Assembly (NCBI GenBank): GCA_964016885.1 | Contig: OZ024745.1 | Location: 82,150,001 to 82,214,000 of the forward strand | DNA from: Eledone cirrhosa | Lineage: Eukaryota | Length of the DNA: 64,000 bases | Direction of reading: 5' to 3' | In this document: piece after piece, positions 30,858-47,300 of the stretch | Layout: each line of letters starts with the position of its first letter | How positions within the stretch are numbered: position 1 is the stretch's first letter | The notes under the pieces: generated by a model | What the model was told of the DNA's origin: nothing | Seen by the model: only the letters and a program-made list of their open reading frames with translations | Databases searched by the model: none | Program-made: the position numbers and the translations under genes

Positions 30858-33407
30858 AAATTGATAACATATTCCCACAAAATTAATAATCCACTCACAC
30901 CAAATTGATAATGTATTCCCACAAAATTAATAATTCACTCACACCAAATTGATAACATATTCCCACAAAATTGATTATTCACTCTTACCAAATTGATAAC
31001 ACATTCCCATTAAACTGATAATTCACTCGCACGAAATTGATAACATATTCCCACAAAATTGATAATGCTCTCACAGCAAATTGATAACATATTCCCACAA
31101 AATTAATAATTCACTCACACCAAATTCATAACTTATTCCCACAAAATTGATAATTCACTCACACCAAATTTATAACATATTCCCACAAAATTAATTATCC
31201 ACTCACACCAAATGGATAACGTATTCCCACAAAATTAATAATCCACTCACACCAAATTTATAACATATTCCCACAAAATTGATAATTCACTCACACCAAA
31301 TTGATAACATATTCCCACAAAATTAATAATTCACTCACACCAAATTGATAACATACTCCCACAAAATTGATTATTCACTCATAGCAATTTGATAACATAT
31401 TCCCACAAAATTAATAATTCACTCACACCAAATTGATAACTTATTCCCATAAAATTTATAATTCACTCGCACCAAATTGATAACGTATTCCCACAAAATT
31501 AATAATTCACGCACACCAAATTGATAACATATTCCCACAAAATTAACAATCCACTCACACTAAATTGATAACATATTCCCACAAAATTAATAATACACTC
31601 ACGCCAAATTGATAACATATTCGCATTAAACTGATAATTCAATCACACACAATTGATAACTGATTTCCACAAAATTAATAATTCACTCACACGAAATTGA
31701 TAACATATTCTCACTAAATTAATAATCCACTCACATGAAATTGATAACATATTCCCACAAAATTAATAATTCGCTCACACCCAATTGATAACTTATTCCC
31801 AGAAAATTAATAATCCACTCACACCAAATTGATAACTTATTCCTATAAAATTAATAATTCACTCACACCAAATTGATAACATATTCCCACAAAATTAATA
31901 ATCCACTCACACCAAATTGATAACATAATACCACAAAATTAATAATCTCTCACACCAAATTGATAACGTATTCCCAGAATATTAATAATCCACTCACACC
32001 AAATTCATAACTTATTCCCACAAAATTGATAATTCACTCACACAAAATTGATAACATATTCCCACAAAATTGATAATTCACTAGCACCAAATTGATAACA
32101 TATTCCCACAAAATTAATAATCCTCTCACACCAAATTGATAACATATTCCCACAAAATTAATAATCCACTCACACCAAATTGATAATGTATTCCCACAAA
32201 ATTAATAATTCACTCACACCAAATTGATAACATATTCCCACAAAATTGATTATTCACTCTTACCAAATTGATAACACATTCCCATTAAACTGATAATTCA
32301 CTCGCACGAAATTGATAACATATTCCCACAAAATTGATAATGCTCTCACAGCAAATTGATAACATATTCCCACAAAATTAATAATTCACTCACACCAAAT
32401 TCATAACTTATTCCCACAAAATTGATAATTCACTCACACCAAATTTATAACATATTCCCACAAAATTAATTATCCACTCACACCAAATGGATAACGTATT
32501 CCCACAAAATTAATAATCCACTCACACCAAATTTATAACATATTCCCACAAAATTGATAATTCACTCACACCAAATTGATAACATATTCCCACAAAATTA
32601 ATAATTCACTCACACCAAATTGATAACATACTCCCACAAAATTGATTATTCACTCATAGCAATTTGATAACATATTCCCACAAAATTAATAATTCACTCA
32701 CACCAAATTGATAACTTATTCCCATAAAATTTATAATTCACTCGCACCAAATTGATAACGTATTCCCACAAAATTAATAATTCACGCACACCAAATTGAT
32801 AACATATTCCCACAAAATTAACAATCCACTCACACTAAATTGATAACATATTCCCACAAAATTAATAATACACTCACGCCAAATTGATAACATATTCGCA
32901 TTAAACTGATAATTCAATCACACACAATTGATAACTGATTTCCACAAAATTAATAATTCACTCACACGAAATTGATAACATATTCTCACTAAATTAATAA
33001 TCCACTCACATGAAATTGATAACATATTCCCACAAAATTAATAATTCGCTCACACCCAATTGATAACTTATTCCCAGAAAATTAATAATCCACTCACACC
33101 AAATTGATAACTTATTCCTATAAAATTAATAATTCACTCACACCAAATTGATAACATATTCCCACAAAATTAATAATCCACTCACACCAAATTGATAACA
33201 TAATACCACAAAATTAATAATCTCTCACACCAAATTGATAACGTATTCCCAGAATATTAATAATCCACTCACACCAAATTCATAACTTATTCCCACAAAA
33301 TTGATAATTCACTCACACAAAATTGATAACATATTCCCACAAAATTGATAATTCACTAGCACCAAATTGATAACATATTCCCACAAAATTAATAATCCAC
33401 TCACACC
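30858..33407 (+). repeat. 29-monomer (1275-bp) near-perfect tandem duplication
   Basis: ATGTATTCCC 30911/32186 and ACATACTCCC 31351/32626; shared 1-bp deletion AATAATCTCTCACACC and rare variants TTCGCATT, CTCACGCC, CACTAGCACC; offset 1275 = 29 x 44 - 1. Confidence 0.9.
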
Positions 33408-36400
33408 AAATTGATAACATATTCCCACAAAATTAATAATCCACTCACACCCAATTGATAACATATTCCTACAAAATTAATAATTCACTCACACCAAATT
33501 GATAACATATTCCCACAAAATTGATTATTCACTCTTACCAAATTGATAACACATTCCCATTAAACTGATAATTCACTCGCACTAAATTGATAACATATTC
33601 CCACAAAATTGATAATGCTCTCCCACCAAATTGATAACATATTCCCACAAAATTAATAATTCACGCACACCAAATTGATAACATATTCCCACAAAATTAA
33701 CAATCCACTCACACTAAATTGATAACATATTCCCACAAAATTAATAATACACTCACACCAAATTGATAACATATTCCCACAAAATTAATAATCCACTCAC
33801 ACCAAATTGATAACATATTCTCACAAAATTAATAATCCACTCACATCAAATTGATAACATATTCCCACAAAATTAATAATCAACTCACGCCAAATTGATA
33901 ACATATTCCCATTAAACTGATAATTCAATCACACACAATTGATAACTGATTTCCACAAAATTAATAATTCACTCACACGAAATTGATAACATATTCTCAC
34001 TAAATTAATAATCCACTCACATCAAATTGATAACATATTCTCACAAAATTAATAATCCACTCACACCCAATTGATAACTTATTCCCAGAAAATTAATAAT
34101 CCACTCACACCAAATTGATAACATATTCCCACACAATTGATAATTCACTCACACCAAATTGATAACATATTCCCACAAAATTAATAATCCACTCACACCA
34201 AATTGATAACATATTACCACAAAATTAATAATCCTTTTATCACCAAATTGATAACGTATTCTCAGAATATTAATAAACCACTCACACCAAATTGATAACG
34301 TATTCCCACAAAATTGATAATTCACTCACACGAAATTGATAACATATTCCCTCAAAATTGATAATTCACTCATACGAAATTTATAACATATTCCCACAAA
34401 ATTAATAATCCACTCACACCAAATTGATAACGTATTCCCACAAAATTAATAATCCACTCACACCAAATTGATAACATATTCCCACAAAATTAATAATTCA
34501 CTCACACCAAATTGATAACATATTCCCACAAAATTGATTATTCACTCTTACCAAATTGATAACACATTTCCATTAAACTGATAATTCACTCGCACGAAAT
34601 TGATAACATATTCCCACAAAATTGATAATGCTCTCACACCAAATTGATAACATATTCACACAAAATTAATAATTCACTCACACCAAATTGATAACGTATT
34701 CCCACAAAATTAATAATCCACTCACACCAAATTGATAACATATTCCCACAAAATTGATAATTCACTCACACCAAATTGATAACATATTCCCACAAAATTA
34801 ATAATTCACTCACACCAAATTGATAACATATTACCACAAAATTGATTATTCACTCATAGCAATTTGATAACATATTCCCACAAAATTAATAATTCACTCA
34901 CACCAAATTGATAACTTATTCCCATAAAATTTATAATTCACTCGCACCAAATTGATAACGTATTCCCACAAAATTAATAATTCACGCACACCAAATTGAT
35001 AACATATTCCCACAAAATTAACAATCCACTCACACTAAATTGATAACATATTCCCACAAAATTAATAATACACTCACACCAAATTGATAACATATTCCCA
35101 CAAAATTAATAATCCACTCACACCAAATTGATAACATATTCCCACAAAATTAGTAATTCACTCACACAAAATTGATAACATATTCCCATGAAACTGATAA
35201 TACAATCACACACAATTAATAACAGATTTCCACAAAATTAATAATTCACTCACACCCAATTGATAACTTATTCCCAGAAAATTAATAATCCACTCACACC
35301 AAATTGATAACTTATTCCTATAAAATTAATAATTCACTCAAACCAAATTGATAACATATTCCCACAAAATTAATAATCCACTCACACCAAATTGATAACA
35401 TATTACCACAAAATTAATAATCCTCTCACACCAAATTGATAACGTATTCCCAGAATATTAATAATCCACTCACACCAAATTCATAACTTATTCCCACAAA
35501 ATTGATAATTCACTCACACAAAATTGATAACATATTCCCACAAAATTGATAATTCACTAGCACCAAATTGATAACATATTCCCACAAAATTAATAATCCA
35601 CTCACACCAAATTCATAACATATTCCCACAAAATTAATAATCCACTCACACCCAATTGATAACATATTCCCACAAAATTAATAATTCACTCACACCAAAT
35701 TGATAACATATTCCCACAAAATTGATTATTCACTCTTACCAAATTGATAACACATTCCCATTAAACTGAAAATTCACTCGCACTAAATTGATAACATATT
35801 CCCACAAAATTGATAATGCTCTCACACCAAATTGATAACATATTCCCACAGAATTAATAATTCACTCACACCAAATTGATAACTTATTCCCACAAAATTG
35901 ATAATTCAATCACACCCAATTGATAACATATTCCCACAAATTTGATAATTCACTCGCACCAAATTGATAACATATTCCCACAAAATTAATAATTCACTCA
36001 CACCAAATTGATAACATATTCCCATAAAATTTATAATTCACTCGCACCAAATTGATAACGTATTCCCAGAAAATTAATAATTCACTCACACCAAATTGAT
36101 AACATATCCCCATTAAACTGATACTTCAATCACACACAATTGATAACATATTCCCACAAAATTAATAATCCACTCACACCCAATTGATAACTTATTCCCA
36201 GAAAATTAATAATCCACTCACACCAAATTGATAACATATTCCCATAAAATTGATAATTCACTCACACCAAATTGATAATTATTCCCATAAAATTAATAAT
36301 TCACTCACACGAAATTGATAACATATTTCCACAAAATTGATAATTCACTCGCCCAAATTGATAATATATTCCCACAAAATTAATAATCGCCTCACAGCAA

Positions 36401-37422
36401 ATTGATAACATATTCCCACAAAATTAATAATCCACTCACACTAAATTGATGACGTATTGCCACAAAATTAATAATCCACTCACACCAAATTGATAACATA
36501 TTCCCACAAAATTGATTATTCACTCTTACCAAATTGATTACACATTCCCATTAAACTGATAATTCACTCGCACTAAATTGATAACATATTCCCACAAAAT
36601 TGATAATGCTCTCACACCAAATTGATAACATATTCCCACAAAATTAATAATTCACTCACAACAAATTGATAAATTATTCCCACAAAATTGATAATTCAAT
36701 CACACCCAATTGATAACATATTCCCACAGCATTGATAATTCACTCGCACCAAATTGATAACATATTCCCACAAAATTAATAATTCACTCACACCAAATTG
36801 ATGACATATTCCCATAATATTTATAATTAACTCGCACCAAATTAATAACGTATTCCCACAAAATTAATAATTCACGCACACCAAATTGATAACATTCCCA
36901 CAAAATTAATAATCCTCTCGCACCAAATTGATAACATATTCCCACAAAATTAATAATCCACTCACACCAAATTGATAACATATTCCCACAAAATTAATAA
37001 TCCACTCACACCAAATTTATAACATATTCCCACAAAATTAATAATCCACTCACACCAAATTGATAACATTCCCACAAAATTAATAATCCACTCACACCAA
37101 ATTGATAACATATTCCCACAAAATTAATAATCCACTCACACCAAATTGATAACATATTCCCAGAAAATTAGTAATTCACTCACACCAAATTGATAACATA
37201 TTCACAATAAACAGATAATTCAATCACACGAAATTGATAACATATTTCCACAAAATTAATAATTCACTCACACGAAATTGATAACTTATTCCCAGAAAAT
37301 TAATAATCCACTCACACCAAATTGATAACATATTCCCACAAAATTGATAATTCACTCACACCAAATTGATAATTATTCCCATAAAATTAATAATTCACTC
37401 ACACCAAATTGTTAACATATTC

Positions 37423-39270
37423 CCACAAAATTGATAATTCACTCGCACCAAATTGATAACATAATCCCACAAAATTAATAATCGACTCACAGCAAATTGA
37501 TAACATATTACCACAAAATTAATAATCCACTCACACTAAATTGATAACGTATTGCCACAAAATTAATAATCCACTCACACCAAATTGATAACATATTCCC
37601 ACAAAATTGATTATTCACTCTTACCAAATTGATGACACATTCCCATTAAACTGATAATTCACTCGCACTAAATTGATAACATATTCCCACAAAATTGATA
37701 ATGCTCTCACACCAAATTGATAACATATTCCCACAAAATTAATAATTCACTCACAACAAATTGATAAATTATTCCCACAAAATTGATAATTCAATCACAC
37801 CCAATTGATAACATATTCCCACAGCATTGATAATAAACTCGCACCAAATTGATAACATATTCCCACAAAATTAATAATCCACTCACACCAAATTGATAAC
37901 ATATTCCCATTAAACTGATAATTCAATCACACACAATTGATAACTGATTTCCACAAAATTAATAATTCACTCACACGAAATTGATAACATATTCCCACAA
38001 AATTAATAATCCACTCACACCCAATTGATAACTTATTCCCAGAAAATTAATAATCCACTCACACCAAATTGATAACATATTCCCACACAATTGATAATTC
38101 ACTCACACCAAATTGATAACTTATTCCCATAAAATTAATTATTCACTCACACCAAATTGATAACATATTCCCACAAAATTAATAATCCACTCACACCAAA
38201 TTGATAACATATTACCACAAAATTAATAATCCTCTCACACCAAATTGATAACGTATTTTCAGAATATTAATAAACCACTCACACCAAATTGATAACTTAT
38301 TCCCACAAAATTAATAATTCACTCACACCAAATTGATAACATATTACCACAAAATTGATAATTCACTCGCACCAAATTGATAACATAATCCCACAAAATT
38401 AATAATCGACTCACAGCAAATTGATAACATATTCCCACAAAATTAATAATCCACTCACACTAAATTGATAACGTATTGCCACAAAATTAATAATCCACTC
38501 ACACCAAATTGATAACATATTCCCACAAAATTGATTATTCACTCTTACCAAATTGATGACACATTCCCATTAAACTGATAATTCACTCGCACTAAATTGA
38601 TAACATATTCCCACAAAATTGATAATGCTCTCACACCAAATTGATAACATATTCCCACAAAATTAATAATTCACTCACAACAAATTGATAAATTATTCCC
38701 ACAAAATTGATAATTCAATCACACCCAATTGATAACATATTCCCACAGCATTGATAATAAACTCGCACCAAATTGATAACATATTCCCACAAAATTAATA
38801 ATCCACTCACACCAAATTGATAACATATTCCCATTAAACTGATAATTCAATCACACACAATTGATAACTGATTTCCACAAAATTAATAATTCACTCACAC
38901 GAAATTGATAACATATTCCCACAAAATTAATAATCCACTCACACCCAATTGATAACTTATTCCCAGAAAATTAATAATCCACTCACACCAAATTGATAAC
39001 ATATTCCCACACAATTGATAATTCACTCACACCAAATTGATAACTTATTCCCATAAAATTAATAATTCACTCACACCAAATTGATAACATATTCCCACAA
39101 AATTAATAATCCACTCACACCAAATTGATAACATATTACCACAAAATTAATAATCCTCTCACACCAAATTGATAACGTATTTTCAGAATATTAATAAACC
39201 ACTCACACCAAATTGATAACTTATTCCCACAAAATTAATAATTCACTCACACCAAATTGATAACATATTA
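37423..39270 (+). repeat. 21-monomer (924-bp) tandem duplication
   Basis: ATAATCCCAC 37461/38385 and TAATAAACTCGC 37831/38755, offset 924 = 21 x 44; I noticed two substitutions between copies. Confidence 0.9.
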
Positions 39271-42200
39271 CCACAAAATTGATTATTCACTCATAGCAAT
39301 TTGATAACATATTCCCACAAAATTAATAATTCACTCACACCAAATTGATAACTTATTCCCATAAAATTTATAATTCACTCGCACCAAATTGATAACGTAT
39401 TCCCACAAAATTAATAATTCACGCACACCAAATTGATAACATATTCCCACAAAATTAACAATCCACTCACACTAAATTGATAACATATTCCCACAAAATT
39501 AATAATACACTCACACCAAATTGATAACATATTCCCACAAAATTAATAATCCACTCACACCAAATTGATAACATATTCCCACAAAATAAGTAATTCACTC
39601 ACACAAAATTGATAACATATTCCCATGAAACTGATAATACAATCACACACAATTAATAACAGATTTCCACAAAATTAATAATTCACTCACACCCAATTGA
39701 TAACTTATTCCCAGAAAATTAATAATCCACTCACACCAAATTGATAACTTATTCCTATAAAATTAATAATTCACTCAAACCAAATTGATAACATATTCCC
39801 ACAAAATTAATAATCCACTCACACCAAATTGATAACATATTACCACAAAATTAATAATCCTCTCACACCAAATTGATAACGTATTCCCAGAATATTAATA
39901 ATCCACTCACACCAAATTCATAACTTATTCCCACAAAATTGATAATTCACTCACACAAAATTGATAACATATTCCCACAAAATTGATAATTCACTAGCAC
40001 CAAATTGATAACATATTCCCACAAAATTAATAATCCACTCACACCAAATTCATAACATATTCCCACAAAATTAATAATCCACTCACACCCAATTGATAAC
40101 ATATTCCCACAAAATTAATAATTCACTCACACCAAATTGATAACATATTCCCACAAAATTGATTATTCACTCTTACCAAATTGATAACACATTCCCATTA
40201 AACTGAAAATTCACTCGCACTAAATTGATAACATATTCCCACAAAATTGATAATGCTCTCACACCAAATTGATAACATATTCCCACAGAATTAATAATTC
40301 ACTCACACCAAATTGATAACTTATTCCCACAAAATTGATAATTCAATCACACCCAATTGATAACATATTCCCACAAATTTGATAATTCACTCGCACCAAA
40401 TTGATAACATATTCCCACAAAATTAATAATTCACTCACACCAATTTGATAACATATTTCCATAAAATTTATAATTCACTCGCACCAAATTGATAACGTAT
40501 TCCCAGAAAATTAATAATTCACTCACACCAAATTGATAATATATCCCCATTAAACTGATACTTCAATCACACACAATTGATAACATATTCCCACAAAATT
40601 AATAATCCACTCACACCCAATTGATAACTTATTCCCAGAAAATTAATAATCCACTCACACCAAATTGATAACATATTCCCATAAAATTGATAATTCACTC
40701 ACACCAAATTGATAATTATTCCCATAAAATTAATAATTCACTCACACGAAATTGATAACATATTTCCACAAAATTGATAATTCACTCGCACCAAATTGAT
40801 AATATATTCCCACAAAATTAATAATCGACTCACAGCAAATTGCTAACATATTCCCACAAAATTAATAATCCACTCACACTAAATTGATGGCGTATTGCCA
40901 CAAAATTAATAATCCACTCACACCAAATTGATAACATATTCCCACAAAATTGATTATTCACTCTCACCAAATTAATTACACATTCCCATTAAACTGATAA
41001 TTCACTCGCACTAAATTGATAACATATTCCCACAAAATTGATAATGCTCTCACACCAAATTGATAACATATTCCCACAAAATTAATAATTCACTCACAAC
41101 AAATTGATAAATTATTCCCACAAAATTGATAATTCAATCACACCCAATTGATAACATATTCCCACAGCATTGATAATTCACTCGCACCAAATTGATAACA
41201 TATTCCCACAAAATTAATAATTCACTCACACCAAATTGATGACATATTCCCATAATATTTATAATTAACTCGCACCAAATTAATAACGTATTCCCACAAA
41301 ATTAATAATTCACGCACACCAAATTGATAACATTCCCACAAAATTAATAATCCTCTCGCACCAAATTGATAACATATTCCCACAAAATTCATAATCCACT
41401 CACACCAAATTGATAACATATTCCCACAAAATTAATAATCCACTCACACCAAATTGATAACATATTCCCACAAAATTAATAATCCACTCACACCAAATTG
41501 ATAACATTCCCACAAAAATAATAATCCTCTCACACCAAATTGATAACATATTCCCACAAAATTAATAATCCACTCACACCAAATTGATAACATATTCCCA
41601 GAAAATTAGTAATTCACTCACACCAAATTGATAACATATTCCCACAAAATTAATAATCCACTCACACCCAATTGATAACTTATTCCCAGAAAATTAATAA
41701 TCCACTCACACCAAATTGATAACATATTCCCACAGAATTGATAATTCACTCACACCAAATTGATAACTTATTCCCATAAAATTAATAATTCACTCACACC
41801 AAATTGATAACATATTCCCACAAAATTAATAATCCACTCACACCAAATTGATAACATATTACCACAAAATTAATAATCCTCTCACACCAAATTGATAACG
41901 TATTTTCAGAATATTAATAAACCACTCACACCAAATTGATAACTTATTCCCACAAAATTGATAATTCACTCACACGAAATTGATAACATATTCCCACAAA
42001 ATTGATAATTCACTCATACGAAATTGATAACATATTCCCACAAAATTAATAATCCACTCACACCAAATTGATAATGTATTCCCACAAAATAAATAATTCA
42101 CTCACACCAAATTGATAACATATTCCCACAAAATTGATTATTTACTCTTACCAAATTGATGACACATTCCCATTAAACTGATAATTCACTCGCACGAAAT

Positions 42201-42456
42201 TGATAACATATTCCCACAAAATTGATAATGCTCTCACACCAAATTGATAACATATTCCCACAAAATTAATAATTCACTCACACCAAATTGATAACGTATT
42301 CCCACAAAATTAATAATCCACTCACACCAAATTGATAACATATTCCCACAAAATTAATAATTCACTCACACCAAATTGATAACATATTCCCACAAAATTG
42401 ATTATTCACTCATAGCAATTTGATAACATATTCCCACAAAATTGATAATTCACTCA

Positions 42457-44040
42457 CACCAAATTGATAACATATTCCCACAAAATTAATAATTCACTCA
42501 CACCAAATTGATAACATATTCCCACAAAATTGATTATTCACTCATAGCAATTTGATAACATATTCCCACAAAATTAATAATTCACTCACACCAAATTGAT
42601 AACTTATTCCCATAAAATTTATAATTCACTCGCACCAAATTGATAACGTATTCCCACAAAATTAATAATTCACGCACACCAAATTGATAACATATTCCCA
42701 CAAAATTAACAATCCACTCACACTAAATTGATAACATATTCCCACAAAATTAATAATACACTCACACCAAATTGATAACATATTCCCACAAAATTAATAA
42801 TCCACTCACACCAAATTGATAACATATTCCCACAAAATTAGTAATTCACTCACACAAAATTGATAACATATTCCCATGAAACTGATAATACAATCACACA
42901 CAATTAATAACAGATTTCCACAAAATTAATAATTCACTCACACCCAATTGATAACTTATTCCCAGAAAATTAATAATCCACTCACACCAAATTGATAACT
43001 TATTCCTATAAAATTAATAATTCACTCACACCAAATTGATAACATATTCCCACAAAATTAATAATCCACTCACACCAAATTGATAACATATTACCACAAA
43101 ATTAATAATCCTCTCACACCAAATTGATAACGTATTCCCAGAATATTAATAATCCACTCACACCAAATTCATAACTTATTCCCACAAAATTGATAATTCA
43201 CTCACACAAAATTGATAACATATTCCCACAAAATTGATAATTCACTAGCACCAAATTGATAACATATTCCCACAAAATTAATAATTCACTCACACCAAAT
43301 TGATAACATATTCCCACAAAATTGATTATTCACTCATAGCAATTTGATAACATATTCCCACAAAATTAATAATTCACTCACACCAAATTGATAACTTATT
43401 CCCATAAAATTTATAATTCACTCGCACCAAATTGATAACGTATTCCCACAAAATTAATAATTCACGCACACCAAATTGATAACATATTCCCACAAAATTA
43501 ACAATCCACTCACACTAAATTGATAACATATTCCCACAAAATTAATAATACACTCACACCAAATTGATAACATATTCCCACAAAATTAATAATCCACTCA
43601 CACCAAATTGATAACATATTCCCACAAAATTAGTAATTCACTCACACAAAATTGATAACATATTCCCATGAAACTGATAATACAATCACACACAATTAAT
43701 AACAGATTTCCACAAAATTAATAATTCACTCACACCCAATTGATAACTTATTCCCAGAAAATTAATAATCCACTCACACCAAATTGATAACTTATTCCTA
43801 GAAAATTAATAATTCACTCACACCAAATTGATAACATATTCCCACAAAATTAATAATCCACTCACACCAAATTGATAACATATTACCACAAAATTAATAA
43901 TCCTCTCACACCAAATTGATAACGTATTCCCAGAATATTAATAATCCACTCACACCAAATTCATAACTTATTCCCACAAAATTGATAATTCACTCACACA
44001 AAATTGATAACATATTCCCACAAAATTGATAATTCACTAG
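42457..44040 (+). repeat. 18-monomer (792-bp) tandem duplication
   Basis: CTCATAGC 42541/43333 and TTCACTAG 43241/44033, offset 792 = 18 x 44. Confidence 0.9.
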
Positions 44041-44362
44041 CACCAAATTGATAACATATTCCCACAAAATTAATAATCCACTCACACCAAATTGATAACA
44101 TATTCCCACAAAATTAATAATTCACTCGCACCAAATTGATAACGTATTCCCAGAAAATTAATAATTCACTCACACCAAATTGATAACATATCCCCATTAA
44201 ACTGATACTTCAATCACACACAATTGATAACATATTCCCACAAAATTAATAATCCACTCACACCCAATTGATAACATATTCCCACAAAATTAATAATCCA
44301 CTCACACTAAATTGATGACGTATTGCCACAAAATTAATAATCCACTCACACCAAATTAATAA

Positions 44363-44386
44363 TCCAAAATTAATAATCCACTCACA
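44363..44386 (+). other. 24-bp insertion made of satellite B-half sequence, breaking the monomer register
   Basis: AAATTAATAA[TCCAAAATTAATAATCCACTCACA]CATATTCCCACA in place of the normal AAATTGATAACATATTCCCACA. Confidence 0.85.
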
Positions 44387-47300
44387 CATATTCCCACAAA
44401 ATTGATTATTCACTCTTACCAAATTGATGACACATTCCCATTAAACTGATAATTCACTCGCACTAAATTGATAACATATTCCCACAAAATTGATAATGCT
44501 CTCACACCAAATTGATAACATATTCCCACAAAATTAATAATTCACTCACAACAAATTGATAAATTATTCCCACAAAATTGATAATTCAATCACACCCAAT
44601 TGATAACATATTCCCACAGCATTGATAATTCACTCGCACCAAATTGATAACATATTCCCACAAAATTAATAATTCACTCACACCAAATTGATGACATATT
44701 CCCATAATATTTATAATTAACTCGCACCAAATTAATAACGTATTCCCACAAAATTAATAATTCACGCACACCAAATTGATAACATTCCCACAAAATTAAT
44801 AATCCTCTCGCACCAAATTGATAACATATTCCCACAAAATAATAATCCACTCACACCAAATTGATAACATATTCCCACAAAATTAATAATCCACTCACAC
44901 CAAATTGATAACATATTGCCACAAAATTAATAATCCACTCACACCAAATTGATAACATTCCCACAAAATTAATAATCCACTCACACCAAATTGATAACAT
45001 ATTCCCACAAAATTAATAATCCACTCACACCAAATTGATAACATATTCCCAGAAAATTAGTAATTCACTCACACCAAATTGATAACATATTCACAATAAA
45101 CAGATAATTCAATCACACGAAATTGATAACATATTTCCACAAAATTAATAATTCACTCACACGAAATTGATAACTTATTCCCAGAAAATTAATAATCCAC
45201 TCACACCAAATTGATAACATATTCCCACAAAATTGATAATTCACTCACACCAAATTGATAATTATTCCCATAAAATTAATAATTCACTCACACCAAATTG
45301 ATAACATATTTCCACAAAATTGATAATTCACTCGCACCAAATTGATAACATATTCCCACAAAATTAATAATCGACTCACAGCAAATTGATAACATATTCC
45401 CACAAAATTAATAATCCACTCACACTAAATTGATAACGTATTGCCACAAAATTAATAATCCACTCACACCAAATTGATAACATATTCCCACAAAATTGAG
45501 AATTCACTCGCACCAAATTGATAACATATTCCCACAAAATTGATAATGCTCTCACACTAAATTGATAACATATTCCCACGAAATTGATAATTCACTGACA
45601 CCATATTGATAACATATTCCCACAAAATTGATAATTCACTCACATCAAATTCATAAGATATTTCCACAAAATTAATAATCCACGCCCACCAAATTGATAA
45701 CATATTCCCACAATATTGGAAATTCACTCACACCAAATTGAGAACATATTCCCACAAAACTGATAATCCACTCACACCAAATTGATAACATATTCCCACA
45801 AAATTAATAATCCACTCACACCAAATTGATAACGTATTCTCACAAAATTGATAATTCACTCACACGAAATTGATAACATATTACCACAAAATTGATAATT
45901 CATTCACACCAAATTGATAACATATTCCCACAAAATTAATAATCGACTCTCAGCAAATTGATAACATATTGCCACAAAATTAATAATCCACTCACACCAA
46001 ATTGATAACGTATTCCCACAAAATTAATAATCCACTCACACCAAATTGATAACATATTCCCACAAAATTGATAATTCACTCACACCAAGTTGATAACATA
46101 TTCCCACAAAATTAATAATTCACTCACACCAAATTGATAACATATTCCCACAAAATTGATTATTCACTCATACCAATTTGATAACATATTCCCACAAAAT
46201 TAATAATTCACTCACACCAAATTGATAACATATTCCCATAAAATTTATAATTCACTCGCACCAAATTTATAACGTATTCCCACAAAATTAATAATTAACG
46301 CATACCAAGTTGATAACATATTCCCACAAAATTAATAATCCACTCACACCAAATTGATAACATATTCCCACAAAATTAATAATCCACTCACACCAAATTG
46401 ATAACATATTCCCACAAAATTAATAATCCACTCACACCAAATTGATAACATATTCCCATTAAACTGATAATTCAATCACACACAATTGATAACTGATTTC
46501 CACAAAATTAATAATTCACTCACACGAAATTGATAACATATTCTCACTAAATTAATAATCCACTCACATCAAATTGATAACATATTCCCACAAAATTAAT
46601 AATCCACTCACACCCAATTGATAACTTATTCCCAGAAAATTAATAATCGACTCACACCATATTGATAACATATTCCCACACAATTGATAATTCACTCACA
46701 CCAAATTGATAACTTATTCCCATAAAATTAATAATTCACTCACACCAAATTGATAACATATTCCCACAAAATTAATAATCCACTCACACCAAATTGATAA
46801 TATATTACCACAAAATTAATAATCCTCTCACACCAAATTGATAACGTATTCTCAGAATATTAATAAACCACTCACACCAAATTGATAACTTATTCCCACA
46901 AAATTGATAATTCACTCACACGAAATTGATAACATATTCCCACAAAATTGATAATTCACTCATACGAAATTGATAACATATTCCCACAAAATTAATAATC
47001 CACTCACACCAAATTTATAATGTATTCCCACAAAATTAATAATTCGCTCACACCAAATTGATAACATATTCCCACAAAATTCATTATTCACTCTTACCAA
47101 ATTGATAACACATTCCCATTAAACTGATAATTCACTCGCACGAAATTGATAACATATTCCCACAAAATTAATAATTCACTCACACCAAATTCATAACTTA
47201 TTCCCACAAAATCGATAATTCACTCACACCAAATTGATAACATATTCCCACAAAATTAATAATCGACTCACAGCAAATTTATAACATATTCCCACAAAAT

